From a virus, in the UHGV virus genome UHGV-0155057: a DNA stretch of 10,202 nt; one strand, given 5' to 3'. Made by a program: the position numbers and the translations under genes. Shown in pieces: positions 1-8,099 of the stretch (positions within the stretch are counted from its first letter, which is position 1; each line of letters opens with the position of its first letter). The notes beneath the pieces are model-generated. The model was not told the origin of the DNA and did not search any database. It saw nothing but the letters and a program-made list of their open reading frames with translations.

Positions 1-22
1 AATTGAAAATAATAACGTGATT

Positions 23-51
23 AAAGAGCGCCAACAAGGCGCTCTTTTTTT
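23..51. terminator. Bidirectional rho-independent terminator hairpin at the 3' end of the tailspike gene
   Basis: Inverted repeat 23-32 / 38-47 (aaagagcgcc ... ggcgctcttt), 10-bp stem with 5-nt loop aacaa, followed on the plus strand by a T-run through 51 and preceded by an A-run. Tailspike stop codon (complement of 50-52) abuts the stem. The U-tract is good on the plus strand and weaker on the minus strand. Confidence 0.5.
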
Positions 52-2032
52 AAAATCCAACGTTATCGTCCAATACAGCACCAGTGCCTGTAGAGTTAAC
101 TCCATCTGCAACGCTATTCCATCTTGTCCCGATAACCGTGTTATTCACACCTGCTTCACGCACTGCGGAACCTGAACCACCAGATGATGAAATAGTTGAA
201 TTTCTTAACTGAATACCTCTTGATTTTACGTCTATATAGATTCCGGCCTGAGATGTATTGGAGTAATCAAAGTTACTTATTGAGTTACCTGAAGCTATTA
301 CGGCAATACTGTTCTCAAATCTTAACCCCTCCATACGTGTATTTCTAATAACGTTATTCGACACAATACCAATAGTTAGACCAACAATAAGTATTCCTTG
401 CGTGTTATTAGATAAACCTCTTGTGCCTGCATTATCAACAATATTGTTTGAGATATTAAACCCGTTAAAATTATTTGTTACCTCGTCCCTGTATACGTAA
501 ATTCCAGCGATGGTAGAATCAGTTATCGTATTACCAGTTATGACAATATCTGTCATGTTTTGGCTTTCCCATTCTCCTGCGGCTCCATACACTCTTATTC
601 CGCGTTTGCAGTTTGTTATTGTATTTCCACTAACTACGTGTCCCTTGCAGTTTAGATCACCAAAAAAGATACCATCATCTCCGGATGAAAGTTTATTGTT
701 TTCGATGCGACTAAAGTCACATCTTTGGTTATCGATAGCGTTACCTAAGAATCCTTCTATCGTGTTTCCTGATGATGAGAAGTGTTTTTGGCTTTGGGCG
801 CTTACACCCTGATTATATGGATATCCTGGTTTACCTGATATATAACAATCTTTTACGCTGTTGTAGTATGCATAAGATTCGTTAAGTTCAGGATATGTAT
901 ATGGCTGTCTAAAAAAAACTCCCCAATTGCATGAACTAAAATAACAATCTTTTACAGTGCAACCTGAAACCCCGTCAAATATTATAGTTGTTCTGTCGTA
1001 ATCTATTCCATCATTTCCACAGTTATTGGCGAAACATTTTTCAATTGTTACTCGAACACAGAAAAGATTATTATCATAGTCTCCAGATACTCCTACAAAT
1101 GGTTTTTTAAGGTCAGTCGCTCTGCATTTGTAGATGTGTATATCAGAAAGACCAGCGTTGACAATTACCCCTCTGCTTGTTAATCCATTGGAACCATCGA
1201 AAATAATGTTTTCTATTGCCGAATTACTACCTGTAAATCTCAGCATAACGGCATTGCTTGCTTTCGACTCAGTTATTGTTGCATTTTTAAATGTTTTACC
1301 ATGCTGAATTTGTATACCATTACCTGATACAAGGTATGTGTTTGCAACACCATCAATATTGCTTGATGAAGCAATTGCATTATTAACAGCTTCCGTGTCA
1401 TCAGTAATACCGTCTCCATAAGCTCCAAACATCAATGGGTTTACTACATCAGCATTAATGCGTAACCAAGCCGAGCCACCAACAGTTTTAACTATAGTCC
1501 CGTTGTTATCAGAGTAAGATTCACCATGTAAAACAGCGCGAAATCTACCACCACCAATCCCTGTTCCATCTGTGTGTTGCTTAAGAGTTATTATTTGGCC
1601 ATCAACCGTTGGCTCTATTGTTCGTAATGTGACAATGTCTGGACATACTCCTATATATTTTTGCCCATCAAAAGAAGAGAGTCTCTGCTCAAGCTGATCC
1701 GGGTCATACTTCAGCACATTAGGAAAATAGAACTGCTGCGCACCGTACGCATCATAAACAGCCATAGAATGGCCTTGCACAGTTACGAATTTGGCAATCT
1801 GTCCGTTATATACAGGATAACCAGCAGTGTTAATGATGATTGGTTGCGATACAGGAACGTGAGAGCCGTCTTCGTTCTCCACATAAACCTGAATCTGGTT
1901 TTCAGGATTTACAGGGTCAGTGTCAATTTTACCGATATAAATTTTGCCATTGGCTACAGCTTTAAAAGAACGAGCCATAGTGAAGAGTTGAGAAGGCATG
2001 CTTACCACAACATTTGCGGTGATATCTGACAT
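50..2032 (-). CDS. Phage tailspike protein: P22 gp9-type N-terminal head-binding domain plus a divergent right-handed beta-helix receptor-binding/depolymerase domain (660 aa)
   Basis: The track ORF 50-2080 contains [70 protein letters not shown], which from memory closely matches the first ~110 residues of P22 tailspike ([13 protein letters not shown]...[25 protein letters not shown]...). I trimmed the start to the ATG at complement 2030-2032 ([10 protein letters not shown]), which has GGAG 8 nt upstream on the minus strand (tggagcaatgaaATG). The remainder is rich in N/G/S/T/I/V repeats typical of parallel beta-helix tailspikes. Confidence 0.85.
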   Translation of the reverse strand: MSDITANVVVSMPSQLFTMARSFKAVANGKIYIGKIDTDPVNPENQIQVYVENEDGSHVPVSQPIIINTAGYPVYNGQIAKFVTVQGHSMAVYDAYGAQQFYFPNVLKYDPDQLEQRLSSFDGQKYIGVCPDIVTLRTIEPTVDGQIITLKQHTDGTGIGGGRFRAVLHGESYSDNNGTIVKTVGGSAWLRINADVVNPLMFGAYGDGITDDTEAVNNAIASSSNIDGVANTYLVSGNGIQIQHGKTFKNATITESKASNAVMLRFTGSNSAIENIIFDGSNGLTSRGVIVNAGLSDIHIYKCRATDLKKPFVGVSGDYDNNLFCVRVTIEKCFANNCGNDGIDYDRTTIIFDGVSGCTVKDCYFSSCNWGVFFRQPYTYPELNESYAYYNSVKDCYISGKPGYPYNQGVSAQSQKHFSSSGNTIEGFLGNAIDNQRCDFSRIENNKLSSGDDGIFFGDLNCKGHVVSGNTITNCKRGIRVYGAAGEWESQNMTDIVITGNTITDSTIAGIYVYRDEVTNNFNGFNISNNIVDNAGTRGLSNNTQGILIVGLTIGIVSNNVIRNTRMEGLRFENSIAVIASGNSISNFDYSNTSQAGIYIDVKSRGIQLRNSTISSSGGSGSAVREAGVNNTVIGTRWNSVADGVNSTGTGAVLDDNVGF

Positions 2033-2057
2033 TTCATTGCTCCAGACGAATGATATG

Positions 2058-2080
2058 ATGCAACCACGATGTGATTGCAT
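2058..2080. promoter_or_regulatory. Candidate operator: 23-bp imperfect palindrome in the divergent tailspike/mnt intergenic region
   Basis: ATGCAACCAC-GAT-GTGATTGCAT: the 10-nt arms match 9/10 as reverse complements, centred at 2069. It lies between the tailspike ATG (2032) and the mnt-like start (2154). In P22 the Mnt operator is a near-symmetric site overlapping a promoter in the equivalent region. No promoter hexamers could be assigned confidently. Confidence 0.35.
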
Positions 2081-2153
2081 ACCGAAATGGTACTATTGAG
2101 TATTTATCCAGTAGGTTACGATGCCATTCCACCCAACTGGTGAGGCATCAAGG

Positions 2154-2414
2154 ATGTACAGCAAATACGACGAGGCGCAGTTTCACTTGAGACTTCCGCA
2201 TGAACTCCACGCGAAAATTAAACAGCGTGCGAAGATGAATAACAGATCGCTGAACTCAGAGATAATTGCAGCGATTGAGGAATCATTGGATAAACAAAGC
2301 TCTGCATCAGTTTACATTGACGATGCAGAGCTTATGGCAGAACAACAATCTGATATGGTTAAGAAAATTGTCTTTGATACGCTCAAGGAGCTATATAAAA
2401 AAGACAGCAACTAA
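2154..2414 (+). CDS. mnt: Mnt-like ribbon-helix-helix (Arc/MetJ family) transcriptional repressor (86 aa)
   Basis: The translation MYSKYDEAQFHLRLPHELHAKIKQRAKMNNRSLNSEIIAAIEESLDK...DDAELMAEQQSDMVKKIVFDTLKELYKKDSN aligns by eye with P22 Mnt as I recall it (...RMPMEVREKLKFRAEANGRSMNSELLQIVQDALSK...NDAERLADEQSELVKKMVFDTLKDLYKKTT). Start chosen at ATG 2154 (GGTGAGG 8 nt upstream) rather than the track start at 2121, to match Mnt length. It is transcribed opposite to the late operon, as in P22. Confidence 0.75.
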   Translation: MYSKYDEAQFHLRLPHELHAKIKQRAKMNNRSLNSEIIAAIEESLDKQSSASVYIDDAELMAEQQSDMVKKIVFDTLKELYKKDSN

Positions 2415-2434
2415 CCATCCATTACGGAGGATTT

Positions 2435-2512
2435 ATGCAAAGAGATATGATGAATATTGCGTTCTACATATTTGGTTTTTGCACGTTCCTGGTGTTTGAA
2501 AAGCTATTCTGA
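2435..2512 (+). CDS. Possible 25-aa hydrophobic peptide (MQRDMMNIAFYIFGFCTFLVFEKLF) immediately downstream of mnt; speculative
   Basis: ATG at 2435 is preceded by CGGAGG (2425-2430, short 4-nt spacer), 21 nt after the mnt stop. The peptide has a strongly hydrophobic core resembling a single transmembrane segment. It sits where P22 carries sieA, and its 3' end overlaps the convergent gp16-like stop. No homology evidence. Confidence 0.25.
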   Translation: MQRDMMNIAFYIFGFCTFLVFEKLF

Positions 2513-4501
2513 CAACGCATCAGACTTAGCCCCCTGCGTCAGAGCGTTAATTGCCTTTTGTGCCTGCTGCATTGCTTTCTCAAAGGCTGTTGATCCGCGT
2601 GGGGTGTTTGCCATTCGGAGCATTGCATTTCTGAATGGTTCGCTCTCATAGGCGCGAGTAAGAAGTCCGTAGCTTACTGCTGCGCCAGTTGTCGCTGGGT
2701 TCATTGCCGTCCCATACCCAATAATGAACGGGATAGTTTGCTGCCCTGTAGGTGTTGTTACTGCCGCTTTTGCAGCCTGCTGCGTGGATTGCAGGTAGTT
2801 TTTTAATCCATTCAGATAAGCAGCGTCCTGCCCCTTAAATGTGATGCCAGTCTGGTTTTGCAGGATGTTAAGCTGCCGAAGGAACTGGTCAGGGGAACCA
2901 CCTGATTTCTCCATCGCCTTTCCAATGATGCCATTGCGCATTTGCGCCCTGCCAACACGACCAACTGAGTTATACAGAGTCTTAATTTCCGATTTGTTCT
3001 TGCTGAATAGCATGTTGTTGACAACTTCTGGCGTCAGATCGCCTTTCATGAGAACATTCTTCAGCCTGGTATTCTTGAGTTTCGCTGCTTCGTCAGCATA
3101 GACGGCATTGGCCTGCTGATATTTACGGAGAGTATCGTTGCCAAGATTCTGACCAATGGCACCATTGATATCGTCGGTCATTGCCTTGTAAACGCGCTGA
3201 ATGGCAGCATCGGAACGGTTTGGTAACACTGGTCGCTCACCCTTCACGTCCATTCTGAACTGGCTGCGCAGATCGCTTAATTGCTTCAAATCCAGATTTA
3301 CCGGACCATCAGGACCAGCATTGCGAACAAGCTCATCACGATAGGACTGAAGTTTTGAAATAGTCTCGTTATCAGCAACCTTACCAAGCTTCTGCAGGTT
3401 AGATATTTCTGTATCAATCTGCTGAATTGCTCTTGCAGGCTGAATGTTTATTCCCGCCATAGCATTCTGAACCTGCTCCAGTCGATTTCCTGCAGCGCGA
3501 CGAATTCCTGATGTTTTCGCTTTAAGGCTGTCAATAACAACCGCTGGATCATACTCACCGAATTTATCAGCAAATCTCTGAACCAACTGGCTTCTCGCTT
3601 CCTGTTGCGTTGCTCTCATTCCGCTTGTGCCAGCCAGGGGGATATTTTCTGCTGTCGTTTGCGCCATTTTTCCGACGCGGGAAGTAGGCTGTAACAGGTC
3701 GGTGGTGTGCAGAGGCACTCCTTCACGCTCTGCAAATCTGATAGCTTGCTGCGCTTCTGGTGCAATAGCACCACGAACGCCACGATAAGCAGCGCCTAAT
3801 CCACGTCCGGCAGCGTTAATAGCGCCGCCAGCCAGAACGCCAACGCCTAAATCGGTAGCGAGTGCTTCCGCATCATCTTTCGCACTATTTGCAGCAAGTG
3901 ACCCGACTGCGTTTTCAGCGAGAAGGCGAGTTGCACCCTGAGCGATTCTACCAGCGAGTGTTGGTGCCTGTGTTGCCGCTCTCTCAATGCCAGCAGGAGT
4001 GAGGTAAGGCAATGCCTCAGAAAATACCCTGCCCTCTGTAGTTTGTGGAGTCAGCGCGCCTTGCTGAAGGCCAAAGTCCTGCTCTAATCCCTGCGTTGTT
4101 ACTCGTGGCGCTGGGTGATATGTCCCATCGCCAATTCCGAGTTTACCGCCAGCCCAAGCCGCCGCGCTTGTTACAGCATCGGCAACTGATGCAGGTATGT
4201 TTGCCACGTTCACGCCAGCCTGCACCAGTCCGCGACCAGTCTCTTTTACTGCTTCACCAAGATCAGACATAAATCCACTTTGCTGTGGTTGTTGCTGTGC
4301 TACTGGTTGTTGTGTCTCCACTGGCTGCACAGATGGCAATGGATAGGCAGCATAGAAAGCTTGCTTAGCCTGCTCTGCATTTTCTCCGGCTTGCGGGGCA
4401 ACGACTTCATTGAAGTATTGCTCCTGAGCCTGCGCTTTTTGTTCTGGTGCTAACGCCTGATACTGTGGAGAGGCGATAACATCTTTCCATGCTTTAGCCA
4501 T
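2504..4501 (-). CDS. Phage ejection (DNA-transfer/injection) protein, P22 gp16-like by synteny (665 aa)
   Basis: Long minus-strand ORF with an Ala/Gly/Gln-rich composition typical of podovirus ejection proteins. It is the last late gene before the mnt/tailspike region, the position of gene 16 in P22. Its start overlaps the upstream stop as TAATG (complement of 4499-4503), indicating translational coupling. Confidence 0.65.
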   Translation of the reverse strand: MAKAWKDVIASPQYQALAPEQKAQAQEQYFNEVVAPQAGENAEQAKQAFYAAYPLPSVQPVETQQPVAQQQPQQSGFMSDLGEAVKETGRGLVQAGVNVANIPASVADAVTSAAAWAGGKLGIGDGTYHPAPRVTTQGLEQDFGLQQGALTPQTTEGRVFSEALPYLTPAGIERAATQAPTLAGRIAQGATRLLAENAVGSLAANSAKDDAEALATDLGVGVLAGGAINAAGRGLGAAYRGVRGAIAPEAQQAIRFAEREGVPLHTTDLLQPTSRVGKMAQTTAENIPLAGTSGMRATQQEARSQLVQRFADKFGEYDPAVVIDSLKAKTSGIRRAAGNRLEQVQNAMAGINIQPARAIQQIDTEISNLQKLGKVADNETISKLQSYRDELVRNAGPDGPVNLDLKQLSDLRSQFRMDVKGERPVLPNRSDAAIQRVYKAMTDDINGAIGQNLGNDTLRKYQQANAVYADEAAKLKNTRLKNVLMKGDLTPEVVNNMLFSKNKSEIKTLYNSVGRVGRAQMRNGIIGKAMEKSGGSPDQFLRQLNILQNQTGITFKGQDAAYLNGLKNYLQSTQQAAKAAVTTPTGQQTIPFIIGYGTAMNPATTGAAVSYGLLTRAYESEPFRNAMLRMANTPRGSTAFEKAMQQAQKAINALTQGAKSDALSE

Positions 4502-5616
4502 TAATCACCCCATAGTGAAGAAAAGTTACTGCTGGCTGCTGGCTGTGATACCTGTGCAGGTTGAGATTGCTGCCGCTGAGATTTACCAACATTAACGTTA
4601 TATTGTTGGTTGTAATTGTTGGTGTATTCCTGAATCTCACGAATCGACTGCTGCATAGCCTCCGGGCTTGAATAGTCAACCTGCGGCATCCCCTGAAAAT
4701 ACATCTTCGCTTCTGCAACGGTGTTAATACCACTGGCACCCATGTCCCTTGCTGCTGCCACCCCCTGATTCTGCATTCTTCCCTGAATACGTTGTGCTGA
4801 GTTATATAACTGGCGCTGCTCTTTTCCTGTTAATCGGCTGCGAACATCAGCACCAATTGCCGGGTTACCTGCACCGCCTGTCATTCCTGTCATGAAATCG
4901 AGAGCAGAAGCGTCTGCATTTGCGATCGCGTCGATATCCTTCTTCATGGCATAGTTTTGTGCTGATGCAGACGATGTTGCAGGCGCTGCGATTGAACTGG
5001 CAGGAACGCGAACCATATTCCCCTCGTTGTCGATGCCTTCGTAGAACGCATTAGCCCCAGCGCCGTGAAGTTTCCCGCCTACCGTTACAGTTCTGCCATC
5101 TGATAACTGAACTGTACGCTCATCATTACCAGCGGTTCCTCTTGTTGACGCTCTCTGCATTGCCAAATCCTGCCCGCGTCGCGCAGTAGAAGCAGATAAA
5201 TCCTGACCGCGCATCGTGATGTTCTGACCTCGTGCTGTTAGCGCCTCGCCAGCCTGATTGCTGCGGATTGTCTCTGCAAGTTTTCCGCGATCAATCTCAC
5301 GCCCAACGATTCTGTCTTGCGCCTGAAAATATTGTTCTGGACCAAGAGCAGCCATTCCAAGGTGATCAACAAACTCACCAAATCCTGAAGGATTCTGCTG
5401 ATACATCTGAGCAACGTTATTAGGGTCAACACCGACGCGAGTCAGTTCCTTGGCGTTGTTTTGCAGCCATGATTGCATTGCTTCTGGAGACGATGACGCA
5501 AGGCGTGCGCCAGCCGCTAAGGTGCCGATAGAATTACGCTGGTCTTCATCAATGAATCCCATGCCTTTACGAACGGATTCAATCTGGTCTGGATATTGAG
5601 TAGCCAACTGACGCAA
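4501..5616 (-). CDS. Phage ejection protein, P22 gp20-like, apparently 5'-truncated (likely gene remnant)
   Basis: The minus-strand frame is open only up to 5640 (in-frame stop at complement 5641-5643). The track start at 5616 is TTG and no ATG follows until codon 19. The longest possible product is about 379 aa against roughly 430-470 aa remembered for gp20 homologues. Its 3' end is coupled to the gp16-like start. Assignment is by synteny and composition only. Confidence 0.5.
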   Translation of the reverse strand: MRQLATQYPDQIESVRKGMGFIDEDQRNSIGTLAAGARLASSSPEAMQSWLQNNAKELTRVGVDPNNVAQMYQQNPSGFGEFVDHLGMAALGPEQYFQAQDRIVGREIDRGKLAETIRSNQAGEALTARGQNITMRGQDLSASTARRGQDLAMQRASTRGTAGNDERTVQLSDGRTVTVGGKLHGAGANAFYEGIDNEGNMVRVPASSIAAPATSSASAQNYAMKKDIDAIANADASALDFMTGMTGGAGNPAIGADVRSRLTGKEQRQLYNSAQRIQGRMQNQGVAAARDMGASGINTVAEAKMYFQGMPQVDYSSPEAMQQSIREIQEYTNNYNQQYNVNVGKSQRQQSQPAQVSQPAASSNFSSLWGD

Positions 5617-5640
5617 AGCACCGCGATGGCAAGGTGTGGG
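5604..5640. other. Putative deletion/recombination junction where a 5'-truncated late gene meets a 5'-truncated early-left gene head-to-head
   Basis: The plus-strand recombinase frame opens only at 5604 (in-frame TAG at 5601-5603) and the minus-strand gp20-like frame closes at 5640. Both genes lack their expected N-termini and the two open frames overlap within this 37 bp. Confidence 0.5.
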
Positions 5641-6254
5641 CTATGGTGCTGGCTTATGTCACGAACCGGGCAATCATGAAACGCCTGGACGATGTTTGTG
5701 GCAAAGCAGGATGGCGCAATGAATACCGCGACATTCCCAACAACGGCGGCGTTGAATGCGGCATATCAATAAAGATTGATTCCGAATGGGTAACCAAATG
5801 GGATGCTGCTGAAAACACGCAGGTAGAAGCCGTCAAAGGTGGTCGTTCAGGTGCAATGAAGCGCGCTGCCGTTCAGTGGGGAATCGGTCGGTATCTGTAT
5901 AACCTTGAGGAAGGTTTCGCACAAACATCTCTCGACAAAAAGCAGGGATGGCACAGGGCAAAACTCAAGGATGGAACAGGATTTTACTGGCTCCCTCCAT
6001 CGCTGCCAGGCTGGGCAATCCCAGCATCAGATAACAAACCATCACCAGAAAATACCAACCAGAAATCTCCATCGGTTGACTGCGAGCAAATCCTGAAAGA
6101 CTTCAGCGATTATGCGTCAACAGAAACTGACAAGAAAAAACTCATCGAGCGTTATCAGCGTGACTGGCAATTAATGGCTGGCAACGAGGAGGCGCAGGCT
6201 AAATGCGTTCAGGTAATGAACATCAGAGTTAACGAACTAAAACAGGCGGCATAG
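5634..6254 (+). CDS. Rad52/Sak-family single-strand annealing protein (phage recombinase), apparently N-terminally truncated
   Basis: Contains [21 protein letters not shown] and [23 protein letters not shown], which I recognise as the conserved core of Rad52-like phage annealing proteins. The frame opens only at 5604 and roughly 25-35 N-terminal residues appear missing. Possible starts are GTG 5634 (track) or ATG 5643, which has AAGG 8 nt upstream. Confidence 0.6.
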   Translation: MWAMVLAYVTNRAIMKRLDDVCGKAGWRNEYRDIPNNGGVECGISIKIDSEWVTKWDAAENTQVEAVKGGRSGAMKRAAVQWGIGRYLYNLEEGFAQTSLDKKQGWHRAKLKDGTGFYWLPPSLPGWAIPASDNKPSPENTNQKSPSVDCEQILKDFSDYASTETDKKKLIERYQRDWQLMAGNEEAQAKCVQVMNIRVNELKQAA

Positions 6255-6770
6255 ATGGCAAGCAGAGGCGTAAATAAGGTGATCATTATTGGTCGCCTTG
6301 GGCATGATCCAGAAATCAGATATTCACCATCAGGAACGGCATTTGCAAACCTTACAGTTGCTACGTCAGAACAATGGCGTGATAAGCAAACTGGAGAGCA
6401 AAAGGAGCAGACGGAGTGGCACCGTGTGGTAATGAGCGGGAAACTGGCAGAAATTGCCAGCGAATATCTGCGAAAAGGCTCTGAGGTTTATCTTGAAGGA
6501 AAATTGCGGACAAGAAAATGGCAGGATCAAAGCGGACAGGATCGGTTCACTACCGAAGTTATCGTGGGCGTTGGTGGAACCATGCAAATGCTTGGTGGCA
6601 AGCAAGGAAGCAATGAACAGTCTTCACCTCAGCGAAATAACGGCCAGCAACAAAGACAGCAATCTCAGCAGCATGGGAATCACAGCGAACCACCTGTGGA
6701 TTTTGACGACGATATACCCTTTGCGCCAGTAACTCTCCCCTTCCCTCGTCACGCTATTCACGCAATTTAA
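6255..6770 (+). CDS. ssb: Single-stranded DNA-binding protein (SSB) with a 15-residue extension beyond the canonical C-terminal DDDIPF
   Basis: [98 protein letters not shown]...DFDDDIPF closely matches E. coli SSB across the OB fold and acidic tip. The ATG at 6255 directly follows the upstream stop. The ORF continues as [15 protein letters not shown] (6723-6767) before TAA at 6768-6770. Confidence 0.9.
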   Translation: MASRGVNKVIIIGRLGHDPEIRYSPSGTAFANLTVATSEQWRDKQTGEQKEQTEWHRVVMSGKLAEIASEYLRKGSEVYLEGKLRTRKWQDQSGQDRFTTEVIVGVGGTMQMLGGKQGSNEQSSPQRNNGQQQRQQSQQHGNHSEPPVDFDDDIPFAPVTLPFPRHAIHAI

Positions 6771-6778
6771 GGACTTAC

Positions 6779-7327
6779 ATGAATCACTTGATGGTTGACC
6801 TTGAAACAATGGGCAACGGGCCATACGCGCCTGTTATTTCTATTGGGGCGGTATTCTTTGACCCGAATACCGGAGAAACAGGAGAAGAGTTCTCGGTAAA
6901 TATCTCGCTTGAGTCATCAATGCGATATCGGGCGCGTCCTGACGCTTCAACGATTTTATGGTGGATGGAACAGAGTGAAGAAGCCAGAAAATCGCTAACC
7001 AGCAACACTCAAGAGCTTTCAACGGCTCTTTCATGGTTATCTGAATTCATCATAAAGAACGCTAACCACAAATTCGTTCAGGTTTGGGGGAATGGAGCAT
7101 CATTTGACTGCGTTATTCTCCGAAACAGTTATTCGCTGACAGGGCAGCCAGTTCCGTGGCAGTGGTGGAATGACCGCGACGTAAGAACAATCGTCGAACT
7201 TGGGAAGGTAATAGGATTCGACCCTAAGCGAGATATGCCATTCAAAGGAACTCGCCACAACGCGCTTGATGATGCCATTCACCAAGCCAAATACGTTTCA
7301 GCGATCTGGAAAAAGTTAGCTAAATAA
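6779..7327 (+). CDS. DEDDh-type 3'-5' exonuclease (DnaQ-like fold), 182 aa
   Basis: Exo motifs are readable: MVDLETMG (Exo I, D-x-E), VWGNGASFDCVIL (Exo II) and TRHNALDDAIHQAKY (Exo III, H-x3-D). AAGGA RBS sits 6-7 nt upstream of the ATG at 6779. Confidence 0.8.
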   Translation: MNHLMVDLETMGNGPYAPVISIGAVFFDPNTGETGEEFSVNISLESSMRYRARPDASTILWWMEQSEEARKSLTSNTQELSTALSWLSEFIIKNANHKFVQVWGNGASFDCVILRNSYSLTGQPVPWQWWNDRDVRTIVELGKVIGFDPKRDMPFKGTRHNALDDAIHQAKYVSAIWKKLAK

Positions 7328-7343
7328 TCAACAGGAGAAAACC

Positions 7344-7637
7344 ATGCCAGCGCCTCTGTATGGTGCGGATGACCCGCGCCGCTGTTCCGGCAATTCCGTA
7401 TCGGAGGTGCTGGATAAATTCAGAAAAAACTACGACCTGATAATGTCGCTACCGCAGGAAACGAAAGAGGAAAAGGAATTTCGCCATTGTATATGGCTTG
7501 CAGAGAAAGAAGAACGCGAGCGAATTTACCAGACATCAATCCGACCATTCCGCAAAGCCACATATACCCACTTCCCTGAAATTGACCCGCGCCTGCGTAA
7601 TTACCGCTCACGCTATGGCGCTATCAGTAATGACTGA
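7344..7637 (+). CDS. Hypothetical early-left accessory protein (97 aa)
   Basis: ATG at 7344 with AGGAG 7 nt upstream. Charged, protein-like composition, same strand and tightly packed with its neighbours. No family recognised. Confidence 0.6.
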   Translation: MPAPLYGADDPRRCSGNSVSEVLDKFRKNYDLIMSLPQETKEEKEFRHCIWLAEKEERERIYQTSIRPFRKATYTHFPEIDPRLRNYRSRYGAISND

Positions 7638-7647
7638 GGAATTAACA

Positions 7648-7938
7648 ATGAAAACAATGAAGCTAAACATCGACCTCGGAAAATACGTTATTACCGGAAC
7701 CAAACACGATCTGATTCTTAGCGAAAGAGGAATTATCAAAGAAGGCGAGAATGCAGGGAAAGAAACACTAAGCCGTATCGGTTATTACAGCAAGTTTGAG
7801 CATCTGGTTAAAGAATTATGCAACCGTGAAATCCTGTTATCTCAGGCGCAGACGCTACAGGATATTCAGCAACATATCGAGACTTTAGGTGTGTCACTTA
7901 GCATGGCTATTGACCAGTTAGTGGAGAGTAAATCATGA
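7648..7938 (+). CDS. Hypothetical early-left accessory protein (96 aa)
   Basis: I chose ATG 7648 ([17 protein letters not shown]...), which has GAGGA 7 nt upstream and begins 11 nt after the upstream stop. The longer track ORF from 7498 would overlap the preceding gene by 140 nt in another frame. Confidence 0.6.
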   Translation: MKTMKLNIDLGKYVITGTKHDLILSERGIIKEGENAGKETLSRIGYYSKFEHLVKELCNREILLSQAQTLQDIQQHIETLGVSLSMAIDQLVESKS

Positions 7939-8099
7939 GAGGACTTGCATACAATCCCGGCATTCTTCCGGCAGAAATGATTATTCGCCAACGCGTAAAG
8001 CCAATGCCATCGAGAGAGGAATTGCTTAAAAGAAATAGTTTCGGTTCTGTTAATGACAACAAATATCTGAATGCGATATGGCGGAGTGGGAAGAAATGA
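7935..8099 (+). CDS. Hypothetical small protein (54 aa; below the track's apparent size cutoff)
   Basis: The start ATG overlaps the upstream stop as ATGA (7935-7938) and the stop overlaps the next start as ATGA (8096-8099). Translation is [54 protein letters not shown]. Support is coupling and context only. Confidence 0.4.
   Translation: MRGLAYNPGILPAEMIIRQRVKPMPSREELLKRNSFGSVNDNKYLNAIWRSGKK

Noticed and set aside
510-2029. Plus-strand track ORFs 510-812 and 1661-2029 inside the tailspike gene
   Set aside because: They lie entirely within the strongly supported minus-strand tailspike CDS and have low-complexity, non-protein-like translations; likely shadow ORFs.
2033-2153. Explicit -35/-10 promoter assignments for mnt and the tailspike
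   Set aside because: Several weak hexamer combinations are possible (for example TTGCAT at 2075-2080 on the plus strand, TATCAT on the minus strand) but none has convincing spacing; only the operator-like palindrome is reported.
2121-2651. Longer mnt start at 2121 and the track ORFs 2266-2499 and 2457-2651
   Set aside because: The 2121 start adds 11 residues with no counterpart in Mnt and a poorer RBS than ATG 2154. The other two ORFs overlap mnt or the gp16-like 3' end in other frames and lack an RBS.
2812-5432. Overlapping track ORFs within the gp16-like and gp20-like genes (2812-3024, 2841-3101, 4045-4272, 4494-4739, 5232-5423, 5238-5432)
   Set aside because: Nested in or antisense to long ORFs with clear gene context; Arg/Ser/Leu-rich translations typical of shadow frames in GC-rich coding DNA.
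7498-7647. Upstream extension of the 96-aa gene to the track start at 7498
   Set aside because: It would overlap the preceding 97-aa gene by 140 nt in a different frame; ATG 7648 with GAGGA 7 nt upstream is a much better start.
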